In this document: one piece after another, positions 37,551 through 46,531 of the stretch
Position numbering within the stretch: position 1 is the stretch's first letter
How the letters are laid out: each line of letters starts with the position of its first letter
Assembly (NCBI GenBank): GCA_949293405.1
Contig: CASFDI010000050.1
Location: forward strand, 10,323 to 74,322
Direction: 5' to 3'
Source of the DNA: an uncultured bacterium
GTDB lineage: Bacteria; Bacillota; Clostridia; Oscillospirales; CAG-272
Length of the DNA: 64,000 nucleotides
The notes under the pieces: generated by a model
What the model saw: the letters and a program-made list of their open reading frames with translations, nothing else
Database searches by the model: none
Told to the model about the DNA's origin: nothing
Made by a program: the position numbers and the translations under genes

Positions 37551-38897
37551 ATGCTCAGAATTGCAATTGACGGCCCCGGCGGAGCGGGCAAAAGCAGCGT
37601 GGCACGGGCAGTCGCCCGTGCGTGCGGCCTGCTCTATGTGGATACGGGTGCCCTGTATCGTACGGTCGGCCTGTTTGCGCAGCGAACCGGGACCGATCCG
37701 AAAAACGCGGATGCGGTGGCGGCGCTTCTGCCCCGGCTCATGCTGCGGCTGACCTACGAAGACGGCGCCCAGCAGATCTATCTCGGAGAAGAGCGGATCA
37801 CCGACCAGATCCGCACCCCGGAGATCTCCCTGTATGCTTCGGATGTGTCCGCGCATGCGGCAGTCCGCGCCTTTCTTCTGGATCTGCAGCGCGATACTGC
37901 CAGGCATTATCCGGTCATAATGGATGGCCGGGACATCGGAACAGTGATTTTCCCCGATGCGGAACTCAAGATTTTCCTGACTGCATCTGCCGCTGCACGC
38001 GCGCAGCGGCGGTGTCTCGAGTTGCGTGAGCGCGGTATCGAAGCGGATTACGAAACGGTTCTGCGCGAAACCGAACAACGCGATCTGCAGGACTCCACCC
38101 GCACACAAGCGCCGCTGCGCCCCGCGCCCGACGCCGTGATGCTGGACTCCTCGGATCTGACTTTTGAGCAGACAGTGGAAAAGGTGACCGCATTGGTGCG
38201 CCCCCTGCTTCCCGCGAACAAAAAAAGCAAAAAAACAAAGCGCAGTTTCTACATGCGCCTGCACCGCTGCTTTGCCGGTCTGTTCCGTTTTCTTTTGCGC
38301 GTCCGTGCAGAAGGGCTGGAACATATTCCCGCAGAGGGGGGCATGGTGGTCTGCTCCAATCACATTTCAGCATTCGATATTCTCGCCGTCGCATCGGTTT
38401 TTCCCCGTCAGTTGCGTTTTCTGGCAAAGCGGGAACTCTTCGCCGTGCCGTTGCTCGGTTCTCTGCTGCGTGCATGCGGTGTGGTACCTCTCGATCGCGG
38501 GGGCCGCGATGTAGGTGCCGTGAGACGCTCCATTGCACTTGTCAAAGGGGGCAATCTGGTTGCCGTCTTCCCGCAAGGGCACCGTTATAAAGGAAAAAAT
38601 CCGGCAGATACGCCTGTGAAATACGGTGCGGGACTGATCGCCACGCATGCCGATGCTCCCATGCTGCCGGTGTGCATCAAGGTGAAAAACAACCGCTATC
38701 GCTTCCTGCGGCGGGTTCATGTACTGGTCGGGCAGCCGATCAGCTGCCGGGACCTCGGCCTGACCGAACACAACACCGCGGCTTATACGGCCGCAACACA
38801 GGCAGTCTTCAGCGCTCTCTGCGCTCTGGGCGGCTTCACCCCGACCGCGGACGCAACCGCATCTGCCCCCACGGACGGTACCGGTCATGCAGATTGA
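37551..38897 (+). CDS. cmk: fusion protein: cytidylate kinase plus 1-acyl-sn-glycerol-3-phosphate acyltransferase (PlsC-like)
   Basis: A single 448-aa ORF. The N-terminal half is Cmk (IAIDGPGGAGKSS, YVDTGALYR). The C-terminal half is an LPLAT acyltransferase (SNHISAFD = NHxxxxD, FPQGHR). Confidence 0.8.
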   Translation: MLRIAIDGPGGAGKSSVARAVARACGLLYVDTGALYRTVGLFAQRTGTDPKNADAVAALLPRLMLRLTYEDGAQQIYLGEERITDQIRTPEISLYASDVSAHAAVRAFLLDLQRDTARHYPVIMDGRDIGTVIFPDAELKIFLTASAAARAQRRCLELRERGIEADYETVLRETEQRDLQDSTRTQAPLRPAPDAVMLDSSDLTFEQTVEKVTALVRPLLPANKKSKKTKRSFYMRLHRCFAGLFRFLLRVRAEGLEHIPAEGGMVVCSNHISAFDILAVASVFPRQLRFLAKRELFAVPLLGSLLRACGVVPLDRGGRDVGAVRRSIALVKGGNLVAVFPQGHRYKGKNPADTPVKYGAGLIATHADAPMLPVCIKVKNNRYRFLRRVHVLVGQPISCRDLGLTEHNTAAYTAATQAVFSALCALGGFTPTADATASAPTDGTGHAD

Positions 38898-40968
38898 AAT
38901 TGCACAGAACGCCGGCTTCTGCTTCGGCGTGCGCCGTGCCACCGACTGTGTGGAGCAGTATCTGTCCCGCCGGCCGCGTCCCATTCTGTATACCCTGGGA
39001 CATCTGATACACAACAGGCTTTATAATCTCTCCCTGGAAGGACAGGGTGTGCGGGCAATCGGAATTGAGGATGCGCAACGGATTGCGTCCGAGAGCGACC
39101 GGCTTGGCGAGACGGTGCTGATCGTGCGCGCGCACGGCATCCCGAAACAGGACTCGGAGCTGCTCCGGCAGCTGTGCGCTGCACACCCCGCATTCTTTGT
39201 AGTGGACATGACCTGCCCCAAAGTCAAAAGCATTCACGAAATTGTCTCTGCTAACACACGCCCCGGCGATCTGTTGCTTCTGCTGGGCAACCCGGAGCAC
39301 CCCGAGGTCGCCGGAATTGTCAGCTATTCCGCCTGCGAGACCCGTATTTTCCAGACGGCGGAACAGGTCCTGCGCTGGCATCAGGAGGGTGTTTTCGACA
39401 AAAAGCGGCTGATTGTGGCCTCTCAGACCACCCAGAATCTGTTTGAATTTAAAAAAACAGAAGAAATTATCAAAAAACTATATACAAACGCAATTTTTTT
39501 TGATACAATATGTAGTGTTACGGAAAAAAGGCAGACCGAAGCGGTCCGCATGGCGCAACAATCCGACTGCATGCTGGTGATCGGAAGCCGGGACAGTTCC
39601 AACACACAGAAACTGTACCAGCTCTGTTCCCGATTCTGCCCGCATACGCATCTGATCGAATCGGCGCGGGATCTTGCGGGACTTTCCTTTTCCGGATACA
39701 ATCGGCTATCAATCACCGCGGGAGCTTCGACGCCGGGCGGGGTTATTATGGAGGTTTACGAAACAATGAGCAACACACAGCAGGTCGAAAATTTCGAGGA
39801 AATGCTCGAAGAGTCCTTGAAAACATTACATACAGGAGAAACCGTCACGGGCGTTGTCAGCGGCGTTACAGACACAGGGATTTACCTTGATCTGGGTGTG
39901 AAGCAGTCCGGCTTTATCGCAACGGAAAACCTCACCGACGATCCCAACGCGAAACTCTCCGATATGTTCAAGGTCGGGGACGAAGTAAAAGCATTTGTCA
40001 TCCGCGTCAACGACGGCGAGGGCGTAATTACCCTGTCGAAGAAGCGCGTGGATGCAGAGCAGTCCTGGGCGGCGCTGGAAGCGCTGTACCAGAGCGGCGA
40101 AGTAGTGGAAACCCAGATCAAAGCAGCGGTCAAGGGCGGCTTGGTCTGCTCCATCGGCGGCAACCGCGTCTTTATTCCTGCATCGCAGAGCGGCGTGCCG
40201 AAGGACGGCGATCTCAGCGCACTGGTGGGCACCACGCAGCGCGTCCGTCTGATCGAGCTTGACGCCGACCGCAAGCGCGCACTGGCATCCATCCGCGTGG
40301 TCAAGAACGAAGAGCGCAAGGCAGCGGAAGCAGCCCTGTGGGAGAAACTGGAAGTGGGCATGAAGTTTACCGGCAAGGTCAAGAACCTGACCTCATACGG
40401 TGCATTTGTCGACCTTGGCGGCGTTGACGGCATGATCCACAACTCGGAACTGTCCTGGAAGCGCATCAAGCATCCTTCTCAGGTGGTATCTGTCGGCCAG
40501 GAAGTGGATGTCTATATCAAGGAACTGGATCCCGAGAAGAAACGCATTTCCCTGGGTTACAAGACTGAGGAGATGGACGACTTTGCAAAATTTGCCAAGG
40601 AGCACAAAGTCGGTGATGTAGTCACCGGTAAGATTGTCAGCATCATGCCGTTCGGCGCGTTTGCTGAAGTGGCTCCGGGAGTTGACGGTCTGATTCACAT
40701 CTCGAGAATGTCCCTTGAGAAGATTGCGAAACCCGAGGATGCCGTTTCCATGGGCCAGGAAGTCCAGGTGAAGATCACCGAGATCGACACCGAAGGTCGC
40801 AAACTTGCCCTTTCCATCCGTGCCCTGCTGGAGGAAGCACAGCGTGCAGAGCGCGATGCGCAGAGAGCTGCAGAGCGTGCCGAGCGCGATGCACAGCGCA
40901 AGGAAGAGGAAGAGCGTCTGGCTCAGGAGCGCGCCGAGATGGCTCCCTATATCGTCGGATCCATCTGA
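38887..40968 (+). CDS. ispH: fusion protein: 4-hydroxy-3-methylbut-2-enyl diphosphate reductase (IspH) plus ribosomal protein S1 repeats
   Basis: The N-terminus MQIEIAQNAGFCFGVRRA is IspH. The C-terminal half has four S1 domains (GETVTGVV, VVETQIKA, GMKFTGKV, GDVVTGKI). Confidence 0.9.
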   Translation: MQIEIAQNAGFCFGVRRATDCVEQYLSRRPRPILYTLGHLIHNRLYNLSLEGQGVRAIGIEDAQRIASESDRLGETVLIVRAHGIPKQDSELLRQLCAAHPAFFVVDMTCPKVKSIHEIVSANTRPGDLLLLLGNPEHPEVAGIVSYSACETRIFQTAEQVLRWHQEGVFDKKRLIVASQTTQNLFEFKKTEEIIKKLYTNAIFFDTICSVTEKRQTEAVRMAQQSDCMLVIGSRDSSNTQKLYQLCSRFCPHTHLIESARDLAGLSFSGYNRLSITAGASTPGGVIMEVYETMSNTQQVENFEEMLEESLKTLHTGETVTGVVSGVTDTGIYLDLGVKQSGFIATENLTDDPNAKLSDMFKVGDEVKAFVIRVNDGEGVITLSKKRVDAEQSWAALEALYQSGEVVETQIKAAVKGGLVCSIGGNRVFIPASQSGVPKDGDLSALVGTTQRVRLIELDADRKRALASIRVVKNEERKAAEAALWEKLEVGMKFTGKVKNLTSYGAFVDLGGVDGMIHNSELSWKRIKHPSQVVSVGQEVDVYIKELDPEKKRISLGYKTEEMDDFAKFAKEHKVGDVVTGKIVSIMPFGAFAEVAPGVDGLIHISRMSLEKIAKPEDAVSMGQEVQVKITEIDTEGRKLALSIRALLEEAQRAERDAQRAAERAERDAQRKEEEERLAQERAEMAPYIVGSI

Positions 40969-40984
40969 TCTTTACAACCGGAAT

Positions 40985-41027
40985 AAAACGACGCCCGCCG
41001 CCTCAATGAGGCGGCGGGCGTCGTTTT
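40985..41027. terminator. bidirectional intrinsic terminator
   Basis: AAAACGACGCCCGCCGCCTC-aat-GAGGCGGCGGGCGTCGTTTT is a 20-bp perfect stem that includes the A/T tracts. Confidence 0.9.
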
Positions 41028-41053
41028 CCATGCTACACGGGAAAGCAAATGTT

Positions 41054-41284
41054 TCAGTCCAGATTATTTTCGTAATCCGAACTGTCAATAAGAATGCGTT
41101 TACAGGACGGACAGCAGTCGCTCACCACATGATGCGGCGAAAGCAGCGGCTTTCCGAGCCGGAGCGCAAACTGCTCCCGCTTATCGGGCAAGAGGCTGAT
41201 CCGGTGCTTTCTGGTGCTCCATAAAGTCAAACCGCAATTCAGATACCCATGGATCATTTCCACATTGCAGAATGGACATTTCAT
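41054..41284 (-). CDS. small zinc-ribbon protein (DUF6487-like, from memory)
   Basis: 76 aa with CPFC near the N-terminus and CPSC near the C-terminus. A GGAGG SD is present. Confidence 0.55.
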   Translation of the reverse strand: MKCPFCNVEMIHGYLNCGLTLWSTRKHRISLLPDKREQFALRLGKPLLSPHHVVSDCCPSCKRILIDSSDYENNLD

Positions 41285-41530
41285 CGGTTGATTGCCTCCG
41301 TTTTTTATGAATTCAGATTTTCCGGTCTGCCTCTCTCGGTCTGCGTTAACAACGCACAGTCGGCAGCGGTGCCGGCACCTCCGGGGCTTCCCTGCCGGCC
41401 GGGCGTGCGGACCGGGTGTTTCCGATCGGTTTCCCGGTTGAAAGACTCTTCCGCAGGCTGTCGGGCAGAGAGCGGCAGAACCTCGTCAGAGGCCCTGCCG
41501 CCCTTCTTGCAACGGGAAGCGGGACCGCCG

Positions 41531-43504
41531 TCAGTCCAGCTCCTTCTTTCCGGTGTAGAGTTCGTAATATCTGCCCTTCAGTGCCAGCAACTCCTCATGA
41601 GTACCGCGCTCAATGATCTGGCCTTGCTCCAGCACCATGATGGCATTTGCGTTGCGGACCGTGGACAGCCGGTGCGCAATGACGAAGGTTGTACGGTTCT
41701 GCATCAGACGGTCCATACCGTGCTCAATGTGTCGCTCGGTACGGGTATCGACCGAGCTGGTCGCCTCGTCCAGCACCAGAATGGGGGCCTTTGAAAGGGC
41801 GGCACGCGCGATATTGAGCAGCTGCCGCTGGCCTTGGGACAGGTTCGCACCATCGCCTTCCAGCATGGTCTGATAACCGTTGGAAAGCCGCATGATGAAG
41901 GAATGCGCACTCGCGGTCTTGGCGGCTGCGATGACCTCATCGTCCGTAGCGTCCAACCGGCCGTATCGGATGTTATCCATCACCGTACCGGTGAACAGGT
42001 GGGTATCCTGCAGCACCATCGCAATATTGCGCCGCAGTTCATCGCGCCGGTACTCGCGGATATCCACACCGTCAATAGTGATTGTTCCTTTCTCAATATC
42101 ATAGAACCGGTTCAGCAGGTTGGTAATAGTGGTCTTCCCGGCGCCGGTCGAACCGACAAAGGCAATCTTCTGTCCCGGTTTTGCATACAGCGAAATGTCG
42201 CGCAGAACGGTTTTTTCGGGAATATAACCGAAGGTCACATGATCCAGCACCACATTGCCCTGAATGTGTTCCATTTCTTTTGCATCTTTGGCATCGGGGG
42301 TCTCAGGGCTCTCATCCATGACATTGAACACCCGCTCCGCACCGGCCAGCGCCGAAAACACCGTGGACATCTGCTGGGAAATATTCAGAATCGGGAACGA
42401 AAACTGATTGGAATATCCGGCGAAGATGGTCAGACCGCCCGGCGTGAACCCGGAGACACTCATCAGAATGCCGCCCACCCCCACCGTTACAGCGTAACAC
42501 ACTTTTCCGGCGTTGCCCATGATCGGTCCCATGATGCCGCCGAAGAACTGTGCCCGCACCTGGTTTTCACGCAGATCGCCGTTGAGCTTTTCGAACTCCT
42601 CAATGCAGTCCTGCTCGTGATTGAACACCTTGATAACCTTCTGCCCGGACACGGTTTCCTCGATATAACCGTTGACCGCGCCAAGGGAGACCTGCTGACC
42701 GATGTAGTACTTGCTGCTGCGCTTTGCAATGGCGCCGCCGCCGAAGATAAACACCGGAATAAACGCTATGGTTACCAGCGTCAGGATCCAGTTGGTGGTC
42801 ACCATGAATATGAAGGTTCCGACCAGGGTCACCACGCCCGAGATCACCGACACCAATGAGTTATCCAGCATCAGGGAGATGTTATCCACATCGTTGGTGA
42901 AGCGGCTCATCACTTCACCGGTGCTGTGCGTATCGTAGTAGCGTACCGGCAGTTTCTGCAGTTTCACGAACAGATCATTGCGGATACGCTCCACTACGCC
43001 CTGGGAAACCGCAATCATCAGCCGGCTCTGCAGATAAGTTGCCACAACGCCCACCATATAAATCACCAGCAGAATGCACAGCGCCGCAAACACATAAATC
43101 AGCACATCTGCCGCGACCTCAGAGGCAAACCAGTTTTTCACCACCGGTTCTACCGCATCATGGTAATGCTGGATAATCTGATCGGCCAGAACCGCGAACA
43201 CGCCGTCCTCCTCATCGGTCGGTACATCGGCGATCCGGTTGATAATCGGCATGAGCATATAGGAGCCGGCCAGTGTCGAAAGGGTGCTGAACACCATGCA
43301 CACCAATACGATCAGCAGATGCAACTTATAGGCACCGACATAATGGAACAGGCGCGCGACCGTACGGCGTACGCTTTTGGGCCTTCCTTTCTGCCCATGC
43401 TGTCTGCCGCGGGGGCCGCCCGGGCCGGGGCCCATCATCCTGCCGCCCGTGGTGGATGCGGTTCCGTTATACTGCTTTTTCAACTCTTCCAGACTGCGTG
43501 CCAT
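41531..43504 (-). CDS. ABC transporter ATP-binding/permease protein (exporter half-transporter)
   Basis: A 6-TM domain is followed by an NBD with GSTGAGKTT, LSQGQRQLL and ILVLDEATS. Confidence 0.9.
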   Translation of the reverse strand: MARSLEELKKQYNGTASTTGGRMMGPGPGGPRGRQHGQKGRPKSVRRTVARLFHYVGAYKLHLLIVLVCMVFSTLSTLAGSYMLMPIINRIADVPTDEEDGVFAVLADQIIQHYHDAVEPVVKNWFASEVAADVLIYVFAALCILLVIYMVGVVATYLQSRLMIAVSQGVVERIRNDLFVKLQKLPVRYYDTHSTGEVMSRFTNDVDNISLMLDNSLVSVISGVVTLVGTFIFMVTTNWILTLVTIAFIPVFIFGGGAIAKRSSKYYIGQQVSLGAVNGYIEETVSGQKVIKVFNHEQDCIEEFEKLNGDLRENQVRAQFFGGIMGPIMGNAGKVCYAVTVGVGGILMSVSGFTPGGLTIFAGYSNQFSFPILNISQQMSTVFSALAGAERVFNVMDESPETPDAKDAKEMEHIQGNVVLDHVTFGYIPEKTVLRDISLYAKPGQKIAFVGSTGAGKTTITNLLNRFYDIEKGTITIDGVDIREYRRDELRRNIAMVLQDTHLFTGTVMDNIRYGRLDATDDEVIAAAKTASAHSFIMRLSNGYQTMLEGDGANLSQGQRQLLNIARAALSKAPILVLDEATSSVDTRTERHIEHGMDRLMQNRTTFVIAHRLSTVRNANAIMVLEQGQIIERGTHEELLALKGRYYELYTGKKELD

Positions 43505-45246
43505 TACCGGTCGCCTCCTTTCTCATCGTTGCGGTCCATCTGAGAATAATAGATCTCCTTATATTCTTCGTTCGTCTCCAGCAACTGTTCGTGTGTCCCC
43601 ACGCCGGTGATCTGTCCCTCGTTCATCACCACAATCATATCCGCCTCCTTGACCGAGCCGATACGCTGGGCAATGATGATTTTGGTGGAACCGGCCAGAT
43701 CTTCGCGGAATGTACGGCGGATCTGCGCTTCTGTCGCGGTGTCCACCGCACTGGTCGAGTCGTCCAGGATGATGATTTTCGGCTTCTTCAGCAGTGTTCT
43801 TGCGATACACAACCGCTGCTTCTGACCGCCCGAAACATTGGTGCCGCCCTGCCCTAGTTCGGTCTTGTAACCTGCCGGGAAGCTGCTGACAAATTTGTCA
43901 GCCTGTGCGTGTTCGGCGGCGAGCCGGACTTCCTCGTCGGACGCCTCGCTGTCACCCCAGCGCAGGTTATCCTCGATCGTACCCGAGAACAGCACATTCT
44001 TCTGAAGCACCATACCGACCCCTTCGCGCAGATTATACAGCGAATAGTCGCGCACATTGATACCGTCGATCAGGACTTCCCCTTCATCCACATCGTAAAG
44101 ACGCGGGATCATGGAGACCAGCGTACTCTTGCCGCAGCCGGTGGAACCGATGATGCCCACCGTGCTGCCCGGCTCAATGGTCAGATTGATATCCCGGAGC
44201 ACTTCTTCCTCGCTGTCTTTATAATAGCGGAAGGAAACATTGCGGAATTCCACTTTTCCCTCTTGAATCAGCATATCGGGATATGCGGCATTCTTGTCGT
44301 CAAGGTCGCTCTTCTCATCCAGTACTTCGCTGATACGCCGACCGGAAGCCAGCGCACGGGAGGACATGATGAGCATCATGGTCAGCATCACCAGCGACAT
44401 CAGGATCTGGGACACATAGGTAACAAAAGAGGAAAGTTCACCTACCTCCATACCCGCATTCAGAACGCGCTTACTGCCGAACCAGATCACCGCAACGATG
44501 GTCAGATTCATAAACAGCGTCATCAGAGGCTGCATGAAGACCATCACCTTCATGGCATCGATGCCCGCTTTTTTCAGGTTGCGGTTGGAGCCCTGGAATT
44601 TCTCGGTTTCATAATCCTCCCGGACAAACGACTTGACCACACGTACATTGGTGATGTTTTCCTGAATGTTAGAGTTGAGTGCGTCCACTCTGGTCTGCAT
44701 CCTGCTGAACCGCGGAAATCCGATGCGCACGATGGCCACGATGACGATCAGGGTCAGCGGCAGTGCAACCGCAAATACCACCGACAGTCCCGGATTGATC
44801 AGAATTGCCATGATCAGACCGCCGATCAGCATACCGGGCGCACGCAGACACATGCGCAGAAGCACATTGATAAAGTTCTGGATCTGGTTGACATCGTTGG
44901 TCAGACGGGTCACCAGAGATCCGGTCGAAAAGTGATCGATATTGGAAAAGGAGAATTTCTGCACCGCTCTGTAGATATCCATGCGCAGATCAGATGCAAA
45001 ATACACCGAAGCCTTCGCACCGAAATAGGCGCCGCCCATGCCGCCCGCCATCATCAGCAAAGCGGTCAGGATCATCAGCCCCGCAACACCGCCGCTGTAC
45101 CAGGGAGTGTGGCTGGCGGCGTTGGTCACCACCATGCCCATCAGTCGGGGCAGCAACACCTCTCCGATCACTTCCACGATCATACAAAGCGGCCCCAGAA
45201 TAAAGAACGGGGTGTACGGTTTTACATATTTGAGCCATCTCTTCAT
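43504..45246 (-). CDS. ABC transporter ATP-binding/permease protein (exporter half-transporter, likely heterodimer partner)
   Basis: A TM domain is followed by an NBD with GSTGCGKST, VSGGQKQRL and IIILDDSTS. It overlaps the downstream paralog by 1 nt. Confidence 0.9.
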   Translation of the reverse strand: MKRWLKYVKPYTPFFILGPLCMIVEVIGEVLLPRLMGMVVTNAASHTPWYSGGVAGLMILTALLMMAGGMGGAYFGAKASVYFASDLRMDIYRAVQKFSFSNIDHFSTGSLVTRLTNDVNQIQNFINVLLRMCLRAPGMLIGGLIMAILINPGLSVVFAVALPLTLIVIVAIVRIGFPRFSRMQTRVDALNSNIQENITNVRVVKSFVREDYETEKFQGSNRNLKKAGIDAMKVMVFMQPLMTLFMNLTIVAVIWFGSKRVLNAGMEVGELSSFVTYVSQILMSLVMLTMMLIMSSRALASGRRISEVLDEKSDLDDKNAAYPDMLIQEGKVEFRNVSFRYYKDSEEEVLRDINLTIEPGSTVGIIGSTGCGKSTLVSMIPRLYDVDEGEVLIDGINVRDYSLYNLREGVGMVLQKNVLFSGTIEDNLRWGDSEASDEEVRLAAEHAQADKFVSSFPAGYKTELGQGGTNVSGGQKQRLCIARTLLKKPKIIILDDSTSAVDTATEAQIRRTFREDLAGSTKIIIAQRIGSVKEADMIVVMNEGQITGVGTHEQLLETNEEYKEIYYSQMDRNDEKGGDR

Positions 45247-45251
45247 AAAGG

Positions 45252-45737
45252 TTACTCCTCTGTAGGGTTTTCTGCCGGTGCGCCGTTTTCATCATACATA
45301 CGCAGCCGGTTCTGCATTTTCTTGAGAAAAGTTGTCAGTTGAATCAGTTGATCGTCATCCAGATCAGCAAGCATCTCAGCCTCCAGGGTTGCGAAAAAGT
45401 GCTGACTGAACCGCACGGCTTCAATCCCCTTCTGGGTAATCAGCAGATCGTTGCACCTCTGGTCGCTCTCGGAAGTGGTGCGCGTAATGTACCCTTCTCC
45501 CTCCAGCCGTTTGACAGAAACCGCCACCGCGGCCGTACTGATCTCAAAGGCATCGGCAATTTCCTTCTGTGAAACCGGTCGGTCACATTTCTCAAGGAAC
45601 ATCAGCACCATATGCTGGCCTCTGTGAATCTTGAGCTTCGTCGCCATGCGGTCCACTGCACTGCGGTGCAGGCGATTGGTCCCGATAAACAGATGCACAC
45701 ATTGGCGCATTGCTTCTGCCCGCTCTGCTTTATTCAT
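45252..45737 (-). CDS. MarR family transcriptional regulator
   Basis: Winged-HTH region HRGQHMVLMFLEKCDRPVSQKEIADAFEISTAAVAVSVKRLE. The start is taken at ATG MNKAER (45737), preceded by GGAGGTG. The ORF M1 is a TTG inside the SD. Confidence 0.85.
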   Translation of the reverse strand: MNKAERAEAMRQCVHLFIGTNRLHRSAVDRMATKLKIHRGQHMVLMFLEKCDRPVSQKEIADAFEISTAAVAVSVKRLEGEGYITRTTSESDQRCNDLLITQKGIEAVRFSQHFFATLEAEMLADLDDDQLIQLTTFLKKMQNRLRMYDENGAPAENPTEE

Positions 45738-45758
45738 ATTCACCTCCAATTGTAAACC

Positions 45759-45773
45759 TGTTAATTATTAACA
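45759..45773. promoter_or_regulatory. palindromic candidate MarR operator
   Basis: TGTTAAT-t-ATTAACA has 7-bp perfect arms and sits over the predicted marR TSS. A related GTTAATTAA box at 45790..45798 lies in the promoter spacer. Confidence 0.45.
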
Positions 45774-45778
45774 TGTTG

Positions 45779-45807
45779 ATTATAAAACAGTTAATTAATT
45801 TTGTCAA
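45779..45807 (-). promoter_or_regulatory. sigma-A promoter (perfect consensus) for the marR-ABC operon
   Basis: The minus strand reads TTGACA, 17 nt, then TATAAT. Confidence 0.6.
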
Positions 45808-45816
45808 GTACTTTTT

Positions 45817-45845
45817 TTGTAAAACCGAAAAAAATATGTTATAAT
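45817..45845 (+). promoter_or_regulatory. sigma-A promoter for the NUDIX gene
   Basis: TTGTAA, 17 nt, then TGtTATAAT. Confidence 0.5.
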
Positions 45846-45872
45846 GATACCAACCCGGAAAGGAGCGCACAA

Positions 45873-46355
45873 ATGATCAACACCACGCTTTGTTATATAG
45901 AAGAAAACGGTGCCTATCTGATGCTGCACCGGACCAAAAAAGAAAACGATGTCAATCACGATAAATGGATCGGCATCGGAGGAAAATTCGAATACGGGGA
46001 GAGTCCTTATGACTGTGTGCGGCGCGAAATGTATGAGGAAACCGGACTGGTGCCCGGCATTCTTTCCTACCGTGGAATCGTCACCTTCCTGGCGGGTGAA
46101 TATTACGAACAGATGCATCTGTTCACGGCCGAAGGCTGCACCGGAGTTGTGCATGACTGTGCGGAAGGAACACTTGAGTGGGTTCCGAAGGGGGCGGTGA
46201 ACAACCTTACCCTGTGGGAAGGAGACCGCATCTTTCTCGACCTACTGGAAAAGAAGAGACCGTTCTTCTCCTTGAAACTGGTTTATACGGACGACCGGCT
46301 GACCGAAGCGGCACTGGACGGTGTGCCCCTGCCTCTGCCCGGCACGGCGGTATAA
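45873..46355 (+). CDS. NUDIX hydrolase (MutT/8-oxo-dGTP diphosphatase-like)
   Basis: Nudix box GIGGKFEYGESPYDCVRREMYEETGL. The start is at MINTTL, preceded by GAAAGGAG. Confidence 0.85.
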   Translation: MINTTLCYIEENGAYLMLHRTKKENDVNHDKWIGIGGKFEYGESPYDCVRREMYEETGLVPGILSYRGIVTFLAGEYYEQMHLFTAEGCTGVVHDCAEGTLEWVPKGAVNNLTLWEGDRIFLDLLEKKRPFFSLKLVYTDDRLTEAALDGVPLPLPGTAV

Positions 46356-46531
46356 CCAACCGGCAGCCAGATACAGAGACCCACACCGCCCAGCCTTTCC
46401 CTGCCCCGCGTCAACCGTCTGGAGCAATAAGCCCGCCCCGGATGCCGGACATCCGCAGGCGGACTGTATAAGCAAAGACAATGCTGTCAGCATAGAATCA
46501 ACGGCAGGGATTCCGGCTGCCGGGTGTTGTC

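Noticed and set aside
40843-40900. A tandem nucleotide repeat that might suggest a repeat array or CRISPR.
   Set aside because: There are only two imperfect 33-nt units. They lie inside the S1 coding frame and encode the AERDAQR charged tail. There is no spacer/repeat architecture and there are no cas genes.
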